From Aplysia californica (lineage: Eukaryota), in NCBI RefSeq assembly GCF_000002075.1, contig NW_004797734.1, positions 114,031 through 178,030 on the forward strand: DNA of 64,000 bases. The letters are read 5' to 3'. A program made the position numbers and the translations under genes. Under the pieces are notes generated by a model. That model was not told the DNA's origin, searched no databases, and saw nothing but the letters and a program-made list of their open reading frames with translations. Below are positions 10,701 through 24,207 of this stretch, piece after piece (positions within the stretch are counted from its first letter, which is position 1; each line of letters starts with the position of its first letter).

Positions 10701-13700
10701 GAATGAGAGGCGAACACTTTAACCTCTTGGCCACGAGAGCCCACTGGGATTTATTTCTGGTTCCCTTGAGATTTGGTCTAACACAAGTTGACTGTACTTA
10801 GTATTACTCATGTGAAAGAATAAAGGTAAAGACATTGAGGGACAAATTATTACTATTATTATTCTCTGTGGGCACTGGGAACAATGCAAGGAGGAAGAAT
10901 TTTAATTGATGCAGTCACAGCACACTTGTGCTTTTTGACTAGAGTGGGAAACTGGATCAAAGATGGAAAGCTTTAAACTTCGGAGAGGTTAAGAGGAGGA
11001 GGAACGGCATTCACCAAGATCATGAGATTCAAGTGTGGACAGGTCCAAATGGCATGCCTCATCAAATTAACCCTCATCCTGCGGGAGCCGGGTTTATGTA
11101 GCCCGATAAGCCTATTTTGGCACCTCACCTGCGTTCTGGTCCCGAGTCAGTGTAGCTCCTGGCTCAGCGCACGCGCAGCGCGCATCCTCTTACGTGTCAT
11201 TCAGGTCCCGAGTCGGATCCCCATCCACGCAGGTCAAGTGTGTGTGCGTCAGTCTGCTTGAGTTTGTGTGCGTTTGTGGCCTCCTTCTAGAACCACCTGC
11301 GTTGGTTCGTAATCGAGGCATACGTCCCATTCAAAACATGCCAAGTTGATAGCTCTAGATGTTCGTCCAATGAAATTATAGAAGAAATTGACCCACTTAG
11401 ACATGAGGAGCTCGAAAGGATAGTCAGGAAACAAGACTTCCATTTTTCTATACAAAATATTTCAAATGAGCTTGATTTTGTATGAAATGATCCTACCTGA
11501 TAAAAAATTAGCTTGTTTGATAGTTTTGAATACCCTTGTGCAGGTACAAAGAACAATTTGAGTGTAAAACATTCGGAAATTGACCTAAATTATCCCCTTT
11601 CGAACCTCAGGTCATTCATAACAACAAGAGCGTCCAGAAAGGTTATTCAAATGGGCGTAACTACTCGTAATGTCTTATCAGCTTGTGAGAGGGGGTTATT
11701 CATGTGTTTGTAACACTTTATAAATAGAAAGCTATGAAGGATAGAGCGTTATTTTCATCATCGGTTAACACACTCCCGCGGTATTCATGGCGAAAACACA
11801 CGTTTCCCTGCGCACGCGCTGTACACCAACAGTACACACTGAGTGACCCCGGCGGCCTGCCCGGCACGTCCGACGTAATCGGTTGCTGATAAGATACGCA
11901 TCTGGGCACAGACGCAGGATAAGAGTTAAGAAGAGACCTTTGTGATTGGTTATCAAGGTTAACCACTCATAATAAGCTGTAACCCCACCCAGGGGTCAGG
12001 TCAGTTCAAAGTAAGGAAAGGTAATTTCACCAGTTGTTGGCATGATCATGAGTCACCATGGATTCTTCCGCATGAGGATTTGATTAAAATCCCATTCCCT
12101 TAAAGTTAACGTCCCATATTTTCCATTCTCCTAAGTAGGCCTACTGGGATCTTAGGCGGAGATTATTGTATCACTTTTTGATTTACAGATTTCGAGTTTG
12201 TTTCACCATCTGATCATCCTCCTATTATTTTTCAGGATTGTGGCATTTTTCCCGCCATCCCAACTACTTCGGTGAGATCTGCGTTTGGCTGGGTGTCTTC
12301 ATTATCAGCACAAGCATTCTGGAGGATGGGCAATGGGCGGCAGTTCTAAGCCCCATCTTCACCATCAGTATCTTACTTTTCCTCAGTGGTATACCCCTGC
12401 TGGAGCAAAAGTCAGATGAGAGATATCGCAGGTAGGCTGTTAAAATCTTACCTGAAATGATTACTGTACTTCATTTTTACATGGAGCAGCAACCGAGAAT
12501 GATTTAGTTTACCTTTCATTTTTCAGCTATGTAAGACTTATAGATTTACGTTAAATGTGTTTGCTGGCTCTAAGCATTGGTGAAACCAATTTTTAACTTC
12601 AAATGAATTGACTGCAAAGCTTTCAGGATTTGAAGACATGTCGGAAGTACAAGTTTTGAAGAAGTTGGCTTCGAAATTTGTTGAGAGACTCCGAGCCTTA
12701 ACTACTTTCCTCCTTGACTATCTGTGCTCTCCATTACTAATGTACAAGTGGACATGTGTGTGTCTTGAAATGAAGGAAACAAAGTAAGATTTCCTGAAAA
12801 GTATAACATTTTAATAAAAGTAGTGATTGTGATGTTGAAATTTGTCTTGGGGTAATCTCTCCATTTGCCACAAATATACATGTTGTCGAAAGTGCAGACT
12901 TTTTGTTTATTGGTTAGAATATTACTACAGTGGAGACCTGATATAACAGGGATGGTGGGACCAGAGAAAGTCCTGTTATATCAGATTTCTCACCCATTAA
13001 GTAAAAAAATGCAAGGGAAGTAAGCATTTGTGTACTAATCCAGCTGTATTATTTCATGGGTTGTTTCTCTTGCCACAAGTAGGTACCCACGAACAGGGGT
13101 TTTGGCCATGTGGTAGGCCTTCGCAAGATACATTATGCGCACATGTAGCTTGACTTAGGGCTGGATCGAAGTCTGCAGCACACCGCAGCCCTCTCTCGCT
13201 TCACCCGCTGCCTGTGCTTGCAGTAGCGTAGCTTGCGTGGGCTTGCTNNNNNNNNNNNNNNNNNNNNNNNNNNNNNNNNNNNNNNNNNNNNNNNNNNNNN
13301 NNNNNNNNNNNNNNNNNNNNNNNNNNNNNNNNNNNNNNNNNNNNNNNNNNNNNNNNNNNNNNNNNNNNNNNNNNNNNNNAGAGCCTTTGTCTCTGCTATA
13401 CCCGGTTGAGCTCCGATGAAGCCCTGTTATTGCCGATAACTTTTAATGCAGACAAAGAGTAGAAAAAAAATGGGGATTTTAAAAAATCCCTGTTATTTCC
13501 GGGCCTGTTATATGGTTTCCACTGTGGTTCATTAAATCTCAGCCTTTGGTACAAGTTGTTTTATTTTGTTGTTAACACAAGGAGTTTTCTGTTTTTGTCT
13601 TTTACAGCAATGCTGATTATGTGGCATACAAGAACAGGACCTCTCCTTTGGTGCTACTCCCGCCCCCGTTGTACGCCGTGCTACCCTCCTGCATGAAGTG

Positions 13701-13824
13701 CTGCTTCTGCTGTGAGTTCCCTCTGTACAACCACCTGAATGATGAAGAGCAGAGCATTACCCAGGCTGTGAACAAACAAAGTGGGGAGCCGGTTACAGAA
13801 CAGCCAGGGAACGAGAAAGTGTAA
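7744..13824 (+). CDS. DUF1295-family (steroid 5-alpha-reductase/ICMT-like) multi-pass membrane protein, 5 coding exons, 316 aa
   Basis: Exons 7744-7917, 9023-9184, 9790-9991, 12236-12431 and 13608-13824 have GT-AG boundaries with compatible phases (0,0,1,2) and total 951 nt. Family motifs: KVTDFAGGTNF, WGLRLSGYLLYRI..GEDNRFD, ETVADLQKF, GLWHFSRHPNYFGE, LLFLSGIPLLE. Confidence 0.93.
10211..10744 (-). mobile_element. tRNA-derived SINE, family 1 (Deu/Nin-DC-like central domain)
   Basis: A box TGGCCAAGAGG, B box GGTTCGAATCT, the same body as 26890 and 45639, A-rich tail. Imperfect TSD TGGAATTTATGT/TGGGATTTATTT. Confidence 0.85.
11071..11925 (+). mobile_element. piggyBac-like non-autonomous element
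   Basis: TTAA|CCCTCATCCTGCG ... CGCAGGATAAGAG|TTAA: imperfect TIR with TTAA TSD. Confidence 0.7.
12928..13524 (+). mobile_element. pogo/Tigger-like MITE (contains an assembly gap)
   Basis: TA|CAGTGGAGACC ... GGTTTCCACTG; inverted copy of 25990-26494. Confidence 0.8.
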
Positions 13825-14319
13825 GGGCATCTTTGTAATGTAGATTCTGCATTAGAAGGCCATGTCACATTCCAGCTGCTGGCCTACAGAGTAGATGGCC
13901 CAGGTTCAAATCTCCAATGGGGCTGTTCTACACTTGGGTTGTTTTTGGGGGAGTTTTTAAGGTTCTCCACCCTTTTGGCTTTCTCATATTGGAGATGGAT
14001 GTTTCATTCAGAGGTCTTTAATAAACTCACAATGTTGAATGGATTGTGAAACCTTTATAATGACCAATCACATTCCAGCTATCAGTTGATCAATCAGTGT
14101 GCTTAGTGTCATATGTTACAGTATTCTTATGTGATTAAGTCATGGGGGGGGGGGGGGGGGGGGAAGCATTTATTAGTTATTCACGTCAGCAGCAACTCGA
14201 GGTACAAGCGTTTTGATAGGCTTTTTTATTGTAGATCTATTAGCATGCTGATGGGTATTGACATTTCTCTTGCATAAACATTACTTACAATTTAATTATT
14301 AGGTTTTACTATTCTCATA

Positions 14320-14396
14320 ATGCAGAAGGCCCAGGAAGTTGTCTCACTAGCAAGGCAATCCCCAATGTCCGGATCGGATGCGGGAACAACTTTATC
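14320..14396 (+). mobile_element. 77-bp insertion with 15-bp TSD downstream of the DUF1295 stop codon
   Basis: TTTACTATTCTCATA at 14305-14319 and 14397-14411 flanks a GC-richer insert. Confidence 0.6.
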
Positions 14397-15904
14397 TTTA
14401 CTATTCTCATAGGTTAATATTCTCTGATGAATTTTAGTGGAAATTCTTTTATTGTCTGTCAGCACTACTTTTTTTCCAGATGTTGTTGACTTTGATGTAG
14501 CAGCCCTCTTGTCATAATGTCAGAATGTCTTTACTAAAGACATAACTGTTGTTTGTTTTTTTATTCTTATACAAACATGTTATTGCTGTAATTTATTACA
14601 CATATATTGAGGTATATTTTTGTATCAGTTGTTCATAAATATGATGCCCATGTATCAACACCAGAAGAATCTGTCATGTGTTTGACACTTGTGAAACATG
14701 AGAATATCTGTAGTTTCCTAGTTTTCAAGTTATGTTTTTAATGTTCTGTGTTCATGACAGGGACAAAATTGTTGTTTTTGTTTTGTTGAAAGTGTTGAAA
14801 AGAATAGGGCTTTTTTAAAACTTAAGACTTTGTAGATAACTTAACTTACAACCCATGTCAAACTGCCGTTATTCCCCTTGAGTTGCTTCATTCAGACCTA
14901 GTTTGGTTTTAAACATTGCTGAAGTACTGTCTTTGTGTGGTTGAATGAATGGAGTGAATGGCCTTCTGACTTTGAGAAAGTCATTGTTGAATTTTTTTTT
15001 TATAGCCTCGTTCAAGTCCTAATTTGAGCATAGATGCTTTTTTTTTTGTCAGCAGTTGGAAACTGTGTCAAAGTCCAGCACGGTCTGGGTTGACACTTAT
15101 TGTGATGATTCTGACTCTGATAGCATTGTAATATTACAAAGCTTTTATAGAATTCTGGCAATTGAGAGAGCAATGACAAGTTGCAAGGCTTACCACTGCT
15201 ACCTGCATTTAACAATTAGGAAGAAATTTGGGGGATGTTTTGTGAAGTTGTTTTTTTTCAGTCATGAGCAAAAATATAACTGAAATCTCAGTCCAGTTTT
15301 ATCTGGAATTGATGTTGTATTTATTGTTTCACTTTCACTTTCACAAATCAAGCTTTTGTTCTTTACTATATATAATTCATTTGTTATATTCATCAGCAGC
15401 GATTTTTTTCGTGTGTTTTAATATGCCTGTAACTCTCAATTTTAGTGCCAGTCATTTTACAATGTAATAACTTCATGCCCTCATGCCTTGCCTTTAAGGA
15501 ATTACTTTTTTCTTGTTTAATTTATGTGGCGACTTTTCTGTCGTGACTTACACCAGCATGGGGTTGAACACTAACTCGCCCTGTGAACATATCTCGGACT
15601 GGCAACATTGGATTCACTTGTTTACTGACAGTGCAAGAGGCAAGCTTTTAACTAAGTTTTGGATGGAATAAACCTTAGTTTGTGAGTGTGTTATTGTCCA
15701 AGTGACAGTGTAATATATAAAGTCAAAACTATTTAAGAAGGCCACCCATTGCCTCAGAGAAAAGTGGCCATCTTAGACAGGTGGATGACTTACAGAGTGC
15801 CATTACAATGAACAAAAAAATGCGAGGGGGTAAATGTAAAGTGGCTGTTTGTACAAGTGATTGTCTTATAGGTGGCTGTGAAAGCATGTTCTACTGTATT
15901 ATAA

Positions 15905-16062
15905 TACTGGGTGCCCATTGAGGGATCGGGTCAGGGTGGGACGGTTTGCTAGCCAGATTGAGGGCACAAAGCGACTATCGTGGCACAAGCGTTTGTTTAC
16001 AGGCGATGAGTCGCGGGATCAACCAGACCCGACCTGATCCCATCCTCAATGGGCGCCCGGTG
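15905..16062. mobile_element. ~158-bp MITE
   Basis: TIR TACTGGGTGCCCATTGAGG / CCTCAATGGGCGCCCGGTG. Internal CTAGCCAGATTGAGGGC..ATCGTGGCACAA also occurs at about 43982-44022. Confidence 0.6.
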
Positions 16063-17503
16063 TAAGTGTTAAAACTTTTTTTTAATGTATTCTTTATAGT
16101 TTTTGTAGGGCTTTGATTGTATAATTTTCCATGAACTTTTGAAATGGCAAAGTGACTTGAAAAGTACATGTTTCATTAGTGCCTTCAAAGATTCGTGTAC
16201 TCTTCAGAAAGTGCATCCTTTTTAAAAAAATGAATACTGTTAATATCCCAGAAAGTACAAACTTCATGGGACCAATCCATGAGTTTCTTTGTGTAAAGCA
16301 GAGTGTTTATGAAAAAACAAAAATGGCAAGGCAACTCCTTTCTTTCTGTAGTTTGTTTTAATGTAAGGTTGCTAGACATTGGCCTTGTGTTACCTAGATC
16401 TATATATTTAGTCATTAATTTACTCACAGAGCTGAAAACCTATGGCAATTGAAAAGAAAGGGATCCCTTATTTTTAACCACAGACCTCATTGAGTGTCAT
16501 TGAGTCAAAGGAAGTTGTAATGCATAGGATAAAGAGGAAATAAAAAAACCTAGGAATTTGAAATCCTTTTGTGTTAACAGGAATTTCCTAGTTAAATGGC
16601 CTGGTGTTAACAGTCTTCTACAGTTTTGTGAATGGCCACACTTTTCAGAAGAAGAATAAGAAGAGGAGAAAAAAGATAGTAGATAGTTTTAAATAGAAAG
16701 TTCTTTTGCACCTCTTTGATATGCTTTGTTTTAAATTGGCATAGCTGAAAATGTAGCCTTCTTTTTTTGCTAACTTAAGTCATTGGTGCTGAGCACTGAA
16801 TTCTGCAGTGGTGCTAATATATTGTCTTTTTTTATGTTTCTTAAGTCACTAGCCTTTTTTTTCTCTCTTTGTTTTGGGCAATTTTTGTTAGCTATAAAAT
16901 TTAAAAGGCTAGCATGACAGGTCCTACTTTTTTTGTCATTCTTTATAAATCAAGCACGCTATTATTTTTTCCTGTAGCTTTACTATGAATGATATGCTTC
17001 TTTTCTATCCCTGTCTCATTTTTATTCTATTTGAGAAATGCATTTTCAAAGTGTATTTGTGACATAATTAGATAAAAAGATATTCAAATTTTGTACGTAG
17101 TTCCTCAATACTCAGGATCAGTCAGCTCTTTGTTCTGGAACTTGATGCTACAAAAAATATATACACACGTGTACTTATATTATGGGACAGTATGATATAC
17201 CGGTTTCATGTTATACACATAGTTAATTGTTTCAGTTGTTTTTATATTGTTTTCTCTTGTCAACTTTGAACTATTTATTTCATAACGCTATTAATTTGTA
17301 TATTTTTGAATTTATATTTCCAGACTTATATATATGGGTAGTCTTTCCCCATGTAATAAAAGTTTCCTGTACAGAGTAATTATTGTATACAAGTCTTTTG
17401 AATCTCTCTCTATATCTCAAAAGTAAAACTTTTACTCAGAACAGCCGGGGGGGAGATGGGGGTTGTGTAGGTGTGTTTTACACCCCGTTCAACACAATTT
17501 AGA

Positions 17504-17683
17504 TTTTTTTTTTTACGGGGCAAGCTTCGCCCCTGCCTGTCAGAGTCCGGGCCAATCCGGCCTGAGAGGGTACCACAGCACAGCAGAAAGACTGAAATAC
17601 TCTATAAAGATTCTCCCCGTATGGGAACCAGCCTCGGATCTTCTGTTTGTGACAACGAAGTGCCTAACCACTGGCTATGACTG
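17504..17683 (-). mobile_element. Short tRNA-derived SINE, family 3
   Basis: Minus strand TAGCCAGTGGTTAGG A-box-like head, CTGACAGGCAGG near the 3' end and a poly-A tail. A related copy lies at 20757-20910 (+). Confidence 0.55.
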
Positions 17684-17806
17684 TGATACAAATTATGTAA
17701 TGTTGGTAACAGTTAAGTTGGGCCTCCCAGTAAATTTCACTTGATGCAGTACTCAACACCAAGGTCATCATGAGGTCACCTTGACGTCTTCCTCCCTTGT
17801 TACCTA

Positions 17807-18621
17807 CAGTGGAACTCGGATTCAACGAGGTCGACGGGCCTGACCTAAAATCTAGTTGAATCCGAGTGTTCGTTATAGCAAACATGAGGTTTTGTGTAGA
17901 TAATTTCAGGCACTGAGCAAGTAATGTATAAAGAGAAATCACAAATAGGGCCTGAAATGCCCGCATATTATGAGCTGTGTAAAAAAAAAAGACCAATTCG
18001 TTCAAATGCATTCCTGTGTCATCTCGATTGTTTACCACAAAGTTGTGTTGCTGTGTAGATCCTAGCATAACGGCAACTTTTGATTTCATAGACAAGCGCA
18101 CAATTCATTACGAAGATCTACGTCGGGACTAGTTTATCATTGTAATAATGATCAGTTGCCGAGGGAAAAAAAAGACTGTGACGTGTTTGTATCTGCGACG
18201 TTCAACGCCCGAATCGCTAATGCGCCCCCCTCCCTCCACACACACAGTCACACGTGTGCAGGCCGCCCATCCGACTCCGACACACACCAGAGTAGACACG
18301 TGCGCGAGCCATCAACGCATGTGTTGGTATGAAAAAAAAGGCCGCTGATTGGTTGCATGCAATCGGCTAAGTGAATAATGGTTCACGATGCTGTTGCAAT
18401 GGATGGTTTCCGGGAATAGATAAAGTTCGTTCTGGTAGAAAAATGAGCGAAGCCACCTCTGCGGGGGCAGTTCACCCTGGAAGCGACCTCGTTGAATCCA
18501 AGCTCGCTGATTTAAGTGCTCGTTGAATCCGGGTTATTTTTATTGATTTTAAAGAAGAAAAAAAAACGGGGAATCTATCTCATCTTGTTGAATCCGAGCT
18601 CGTTAAATCCGAGTTTCACTG
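17807..18621. mobile_element. pogo/Tigger-like MITE
   Basis: TA|CAGTGGAACTCGGATTCAACGAG ... CTCGTTAAATCCGAGTTTCACTG|TA, with internal repeats of GTTGAATCC. Confidence 0.85.
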
Positions 18622-18929
18622 TATCAATATATAATATATAGCTCTTATGTTCACAACACCAAAGATGCGACACCGAGATGCTCTGGTTTCTTGTACAGGG
18701 GAAGAGCAGGGAAGATAGCTACATACAATATAGTTGTCATAGTGCGTGTGTTGTTAGAATTTATTCTTGATTTTCATTCCTGCAACAACTTCACGTGGGT
18801 GGCTGGCAGGTACTCTGGTGTGGTTTGCTTCTTCTTTCCTATCAATCAAACCTCTATCGTCATTGTGTCTCCTCCTTTTTTCGGTTTATTATTACTCTCT
18901 AACACCACCTCCAATCTTTGACTCAAAGA

Positions 18930-19132
18930 TTGAGGTGGCTCTTGTGGTTAGGCTACCAGACCTGTAATCATGAGGAGATAGATCTAGTGGGTATGAGTAT
19001 GAGCCTCAGCCTGATCCAATGTTGTGTCCCTGGGAAAGGCACGTTATATGAATTTCCTGTTTGGGCCGGTCCTTTCAGAGATGGATATTAAGCTCGGAGG
19101 TTCCGCCTCATAAATAACCACCTTTTTTTTTC
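18930..19132 (+). mobile_element. CORE-type SINE fragment nested in a LINE-tail repeat
   Basis: GTGGTTAGGCTAC head and TGTTGTGTCCCTGGGAAAGGCAC core; similar to 20558-20680. It interrupts the repeat seen intact at 61833-62000. Confidence 0.55.
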
Positions 19133-22100
19133 AAATCTTCGGAACTTTTATGACCTTATTGTGATGCAAGTGTAGTAAAACTTACTACAATTAAACAGCT
19201 CCACAGAGGATCCATCATAATAAGGTTGTCAAATTATGCTTATCTGCTCAAGTACAAAGTAATCCATCCACACTCTATTTTTAAAAAATATATTCAAGGA
19301 AGAATAAAGGGACTGAATATTTTGAAATAGAAATACACTAACACTGTGCTCCTACTCTCAATGTTTGTTAGTTCCAAAGACTTGTCTCAAATGCAACTTT
19401 TTAGTACATAGTTTAAGGGGAGGAGGAGGGGTGGGGGAGGGTGTCAAATGCTCAGAGGACTCAAAATATGTGTACAAATATTTATGTGATTTCTGTTCCA
19501 GTAAGTTTTGGCTTTGGATAACATTAGTTGGGCAAGTTTTCAGAGGTTTCTCATTCTCATTGCCCCGATCCTTGTGTTCCAGGGGTCAACCATTCAGGTC
19601 ATTTTGGGAAAGGCATAAAAGACTCTGGAGATGTGATGTGCATAATATAACTGACACACAGTTGAAAGTTAATCTTTCATTTCCAGACCTCTTCTGAATC
19701 CTACCAAATAGTTCTTGACATTGAAGAAGAGTAGGCATGCCCCAGGTCACCTACTACTTAGCCAAATTAATCTTTACCTGAGACTGAGGAAACTCGGATC
19801 AGGTTTAATTAAAAGAAGCTATGGAAACTGGACAACATGGCTGCCTGAACGGTAAGCAGCCCTGGGTCCTAACAGGAAAATGCACCCATGCAAGACTCAA
19901 AATGTTTCAAAAGAGAGTTCTTGGACCATGACAAGATATTGGGTAATGAGTTAAGATTCTAGGAATAAATAATTAAATCCACAATTCAAACTGTAAAATT
20001 TTTCCTTTTAGAGCAACTACAACACATTGGGTGGCGAACTCAAACAGAAATCTGACAAAAGTAAACTTTTTATTTTTTTTAAAACCAAAAAACCAGCAAG
20101 GATAAAAATTCATTCATGCCATCAACAATATAGTCAGGAGTGCAAGAAAAAGAATAACATTATTTTGTATGTCCATCTAATGACTATTTGTACTTGTTTG
20201 CATCTATTAATGCAAGTGCGTGTGCGTGTGTGTTTGTATCTGTGTGTGTGTGAGTGCGTGTGTGCTTATGTATTCAAGTACCATGCTGTAGAAAATTTTT
20301 CTATGGGGAGATTGATAATTTGTTCTGATCTAATCTTAATTAAGCAATTCATTTTCAAAAGAAAAAAAACCCCAAAGGAATTGATCGCAGACCCATTTGC
20401 ACACAAAAGAAATGTTAATACCTGCATATTTAAGTGTAGGCTTGCTGTAAGAGCCAAATATATGAGCTGAAAAATAGGATGAAGATGGATTCCATTGATT
20501 CCATTGCCTTATCACCATAGGAACCCAAAGTCCTGGCTCTGACTGAGGTGATTGGCATCAGTAGCCTAGTGGTTAGGCTACTGGACTCGTAATCGTAAAA
20601 AGGCACTTGATACAAATTTCCCACTTGGCTCAGTCCTGTTGGAGATGAACATTAAACTCAGAAGTCCCGCCTCTCAAATAACCTAACAGTGTTGATAGGG
20701 GCGTTTAACCTATACCTATATCATTTTTTGACTGAAGTGGATGCGTATTGGCAAGCGTCTGTTATGTAATGGTTAGACTCTTTGCTGTTGCAAGCAGAAG
20801 ATGTGAGTTCGATTTCTGAGTCAGTCAGTGAGGAAGTTACTTCAGCCAGTATCTCTGCTGGGATGTTGTATTCCACTCATCCCAGGTTGGCCCTGACAGG
20901 CAGGTTCGAATTTAATTTATCTAAATAGTGTTGATAGGGAGGAAATAAAACCGTTAATAAATCTTTCCAATCAGTTTTTAAGTCTACACGAGAATGTATC
21001 AGTCTAAATTTAAACTGCTTGCTAACTTTTCTGCCCAACACAGAGGTGTGTCATAACGGACAGACAAGCATTAAGGTTGACTGTTCTCTGCCTTGTGTAC
21101 CTGAGGCTTTGGATACAAGGAGAAAGTAAATAAATACATGTATATGTATAGAGGTGTGTCGGCCTTCAGATCTTCACTTGGTCACACAATATAGATCAAG
21201 ATATCTACCGGTACCTCTGGAGATGATACAACTAAAACTAAAAGTTGAAAATCTGCTTTGCATGTTCTAGACTCACTTGTAATTGAGGATGTGCCATTAT
21301 AGCTTGTTCACTTTCATCTGTCCACGTTAAAAACATTCAAGCTCATTTATTAATTTACCTATGCCCACAAAACTTGGTATGGCACTTCTTCAGGCCAGCA
21401 ACCAAACAAAAATATTTTTTCCCAAAAAAATCTTGATTCAGAATCAGAAACAAGTTTTTCTCTCTGGGCCCTATATTAAAAACTGCTCTTTGGATGCATA
21501 CAAAGGATCACTAAAATAAAAGACTTACAGTAACCTTGCCTACAAAATGCTTATTTTGAGACAGTGACACCACCCTGCCCCCATATTTCACTTTCAGTGT
21601 AAGCTGTGTAGATTTTATCCCCCCGGCTATCTAGACATCTCAATGTGCTCCATGTGAGTCTTGAAAATTACCCACCCGTCTCTACAAGTTGAAGCATGTT
21701 TTGTAGGTGAATGTTAAAGTGTGGTTTGGAGGAAAATTATGCCAACTTTTAAATGTTTTAGGTGTATGCTGTAAATTCACTATTATTTTTTTTACCTGCA
21801 TTAGGCTTACATTATAATGAAAATGGGTCGGAACCCTAGTTTGCAGTGACCTTTATAAATGGGCTTTTAGATTCTGTTGGTCATCCAACTTTTAGACTTG
21901 AATTTGAATGCAAAGATCTGAGAAGATTAAATAGAGTGATTTAATTTTATCTTGTTTTAACGGCATTCAGACGAAAGTGAACAAGGTATAGCTCAGTTTG
22001 TATAATGTTGGTTTTTTTGGGGGGAAAGATGACCCTGGTTTGAATTCCCAATTGGACATTCTTGAAGTTGGGTATATGGAGAGTTCCTGACTTTGTACTG

Positions 22101-22918
22101 TCAGAGAACAAATAAACTTCGAAGGTATTTTCTTTTTTAGTAGATGTTTTACGCCGCTCGCAACTGCATAAGGTCATAGAGCGCCAAGGGGTGGATGTCA
22201 ACAGAGAAGTCCGAAGAGGGAATCAGACTTACTCTGCTCATTTCTCTAGCTTCAATAGCGCATAGTCTGCTTCGACTATCAAGGCCACCTGGAAATAGCA
22301 CGTCACAAGAGGTTTTTTTTATTAGTGTTTTACGGCACTTGCAACACAATAAGGTCACAAGAGTGTGACAAACATACAAAAGAAGTAGAGGGAAATGATG
22401 GTAGTAAGGATTACGAAAGAAAAAGCAGCAGTTCCCTGTTGTAGTTCAGGCACAGTTATGAGCATGACATTGTTGAATCAGCCCATTTACAATTCTACTA
22501 TGCATAAGAACGAGAAATGCCCCCCCCCCCCCCCCTTTTGGAATGGCCTAAAGACATTCCAGTTTCAGTCAGTGGCACCGCCCTGGAGGGGTTTCGAAGA
22601 TCAGGCTCGAGGGAAATAAGCAGGGGTACGAGATGAAGAAAGTGCAAAATTTAGTCGACATCCCTTTTCCAGTGTACATGCCACAGAGAAAAAAAAGTTT
22701 TAAAAAGGAGATCAAGACTGATTCAGCCTACATCAAATTGGCTCTGTTGAGGGCTGACTAATACTGACTTAAAACACCTCTTATATATTCTTGACCATAA
22801 GGGGCCAACGAGATAATAAAAGCCATGATATGCAGTGATTTTTTCAACACCTAGATGGAACTTCAACTTCAACTTCAAGCCAATCTCATAACGCTTGTGG
22901 AGAAAACTGCTCCTAATA

Positions 22919-23708
22919 CAGTAGAACACGGCTATAGCCGGACTTTTGGTTCTAGAAGAAAAATCCCGCTGTAGGCGAGTTCCCGCTATAGCAGTGCAAA
23001 GGGGAAATTATCTAAAAATGTTTAAAAATCCACATGATTACCTGCCTTCCATATCAATAAAACTTGCGCTTTAGATGAGTCTTCCTTTTCTTGTCAACTT
23101 CGTTCATTATCTTGGCCTTTAATTCGAGTGAGAAGCATTTCCTTTTGTCTTTGTTGGAAGCCACTTTTTCCTCGGCCTTGATGCTTCTGTTGTCTATCGT
23201 ACGGGTAGGCCTACTGTAAAACTGGTGAAGCGGATGCGGGTGTATGCCTAAGTGAGCATCAGGGATTGCAATTCAATTAATGAGGAATTAAACACGACAA
23301 GCTCTCCTCTTCTTTTACTTTTTGGTCTAGCCTAGGGCTATGGCCTATACGCTCTCATACTGAGCGTCTAAGATACGGCACATCACTTTTGGAGTGGCTC
23401 ACGTAACGCGTCTCTCCACACCATCTCTCTCGGCCGCCTGCCCCACTTCACTCATCACTGGACTGGCCAATCACAACACTGCACTGCTGACTGCCTGTTT
23501 GGAGCCCGCCTAAAGTCCCCCAAACCCCTTCCCTCCAGCTAAACCTTGCTCGATCTCTCCTGCTGTATCTGAGTTCGGCCTTTTCTTATCCCACTAAACC
23601 CGAGCACAGGTAATTGAGTTTACATAGAAAAAAAACGGGGGTTCCGGTAAGGTCCTGCTGTAGGGATGGTCCCGCTGTAGCGGGTGCTGCTATAGTCATG
23701 TTCTACTG
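22919..23708. mobile_element. pogo/Tigger-like MITE
   Basis: TA|CAGTAGAACACGGCTATAGC ... GCTATAGTCATGTTCTACTG|TA. Confidence 0.8.
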
Positions 23709-24207
23709 TAATAATTTTGAAATTGCTGCATTTGGAATAACGCTGTATAGCTTGTAAACAGTCACCAGGTTTCCCATCAAATCTGCATTTTAAAATTGTT
23801 TTCTTCAAAGACCTTCTGTTTAGTCTAACAAGGACTAGAAAATAAATCAACAAACAAGACAGACTGAAACAAATCCCGCTAAATAATAACGAAAGTACCC
23901 GACACAAACGTCTTCATGCAGTCAAGCACCCAACATTCAAATGTCCCAAGAAATAACAAAGCAAGCTAGATAAAAATTATCTAAACAAGATTATATCATC
24001 CAAATAGCAAAAGAAAATTGAAACACTCAAAAGTTATTGTACTGACCCTGTAAAGCGGGGTCACAAAGGAGTGACTCATTTTTCTGACAAAAGCGATGAT
24101 ATGTCTATCGCAACAACAGTGCTACATCTGTATTTGCAAAGCATATAGCACAGGGCCAGAGAGTCAAAACTCTTGAGCTGCACGATTGATAACAGGAACA
24201 ATAAACA

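Noticed and set aside
14020-17360. Exact polyadenylation site of the DUF1295 gene
   Set aside because: Several AATAAA candidates (14020, 15667, 17355) in AT-rich DNA; cannot choose without transcript data.
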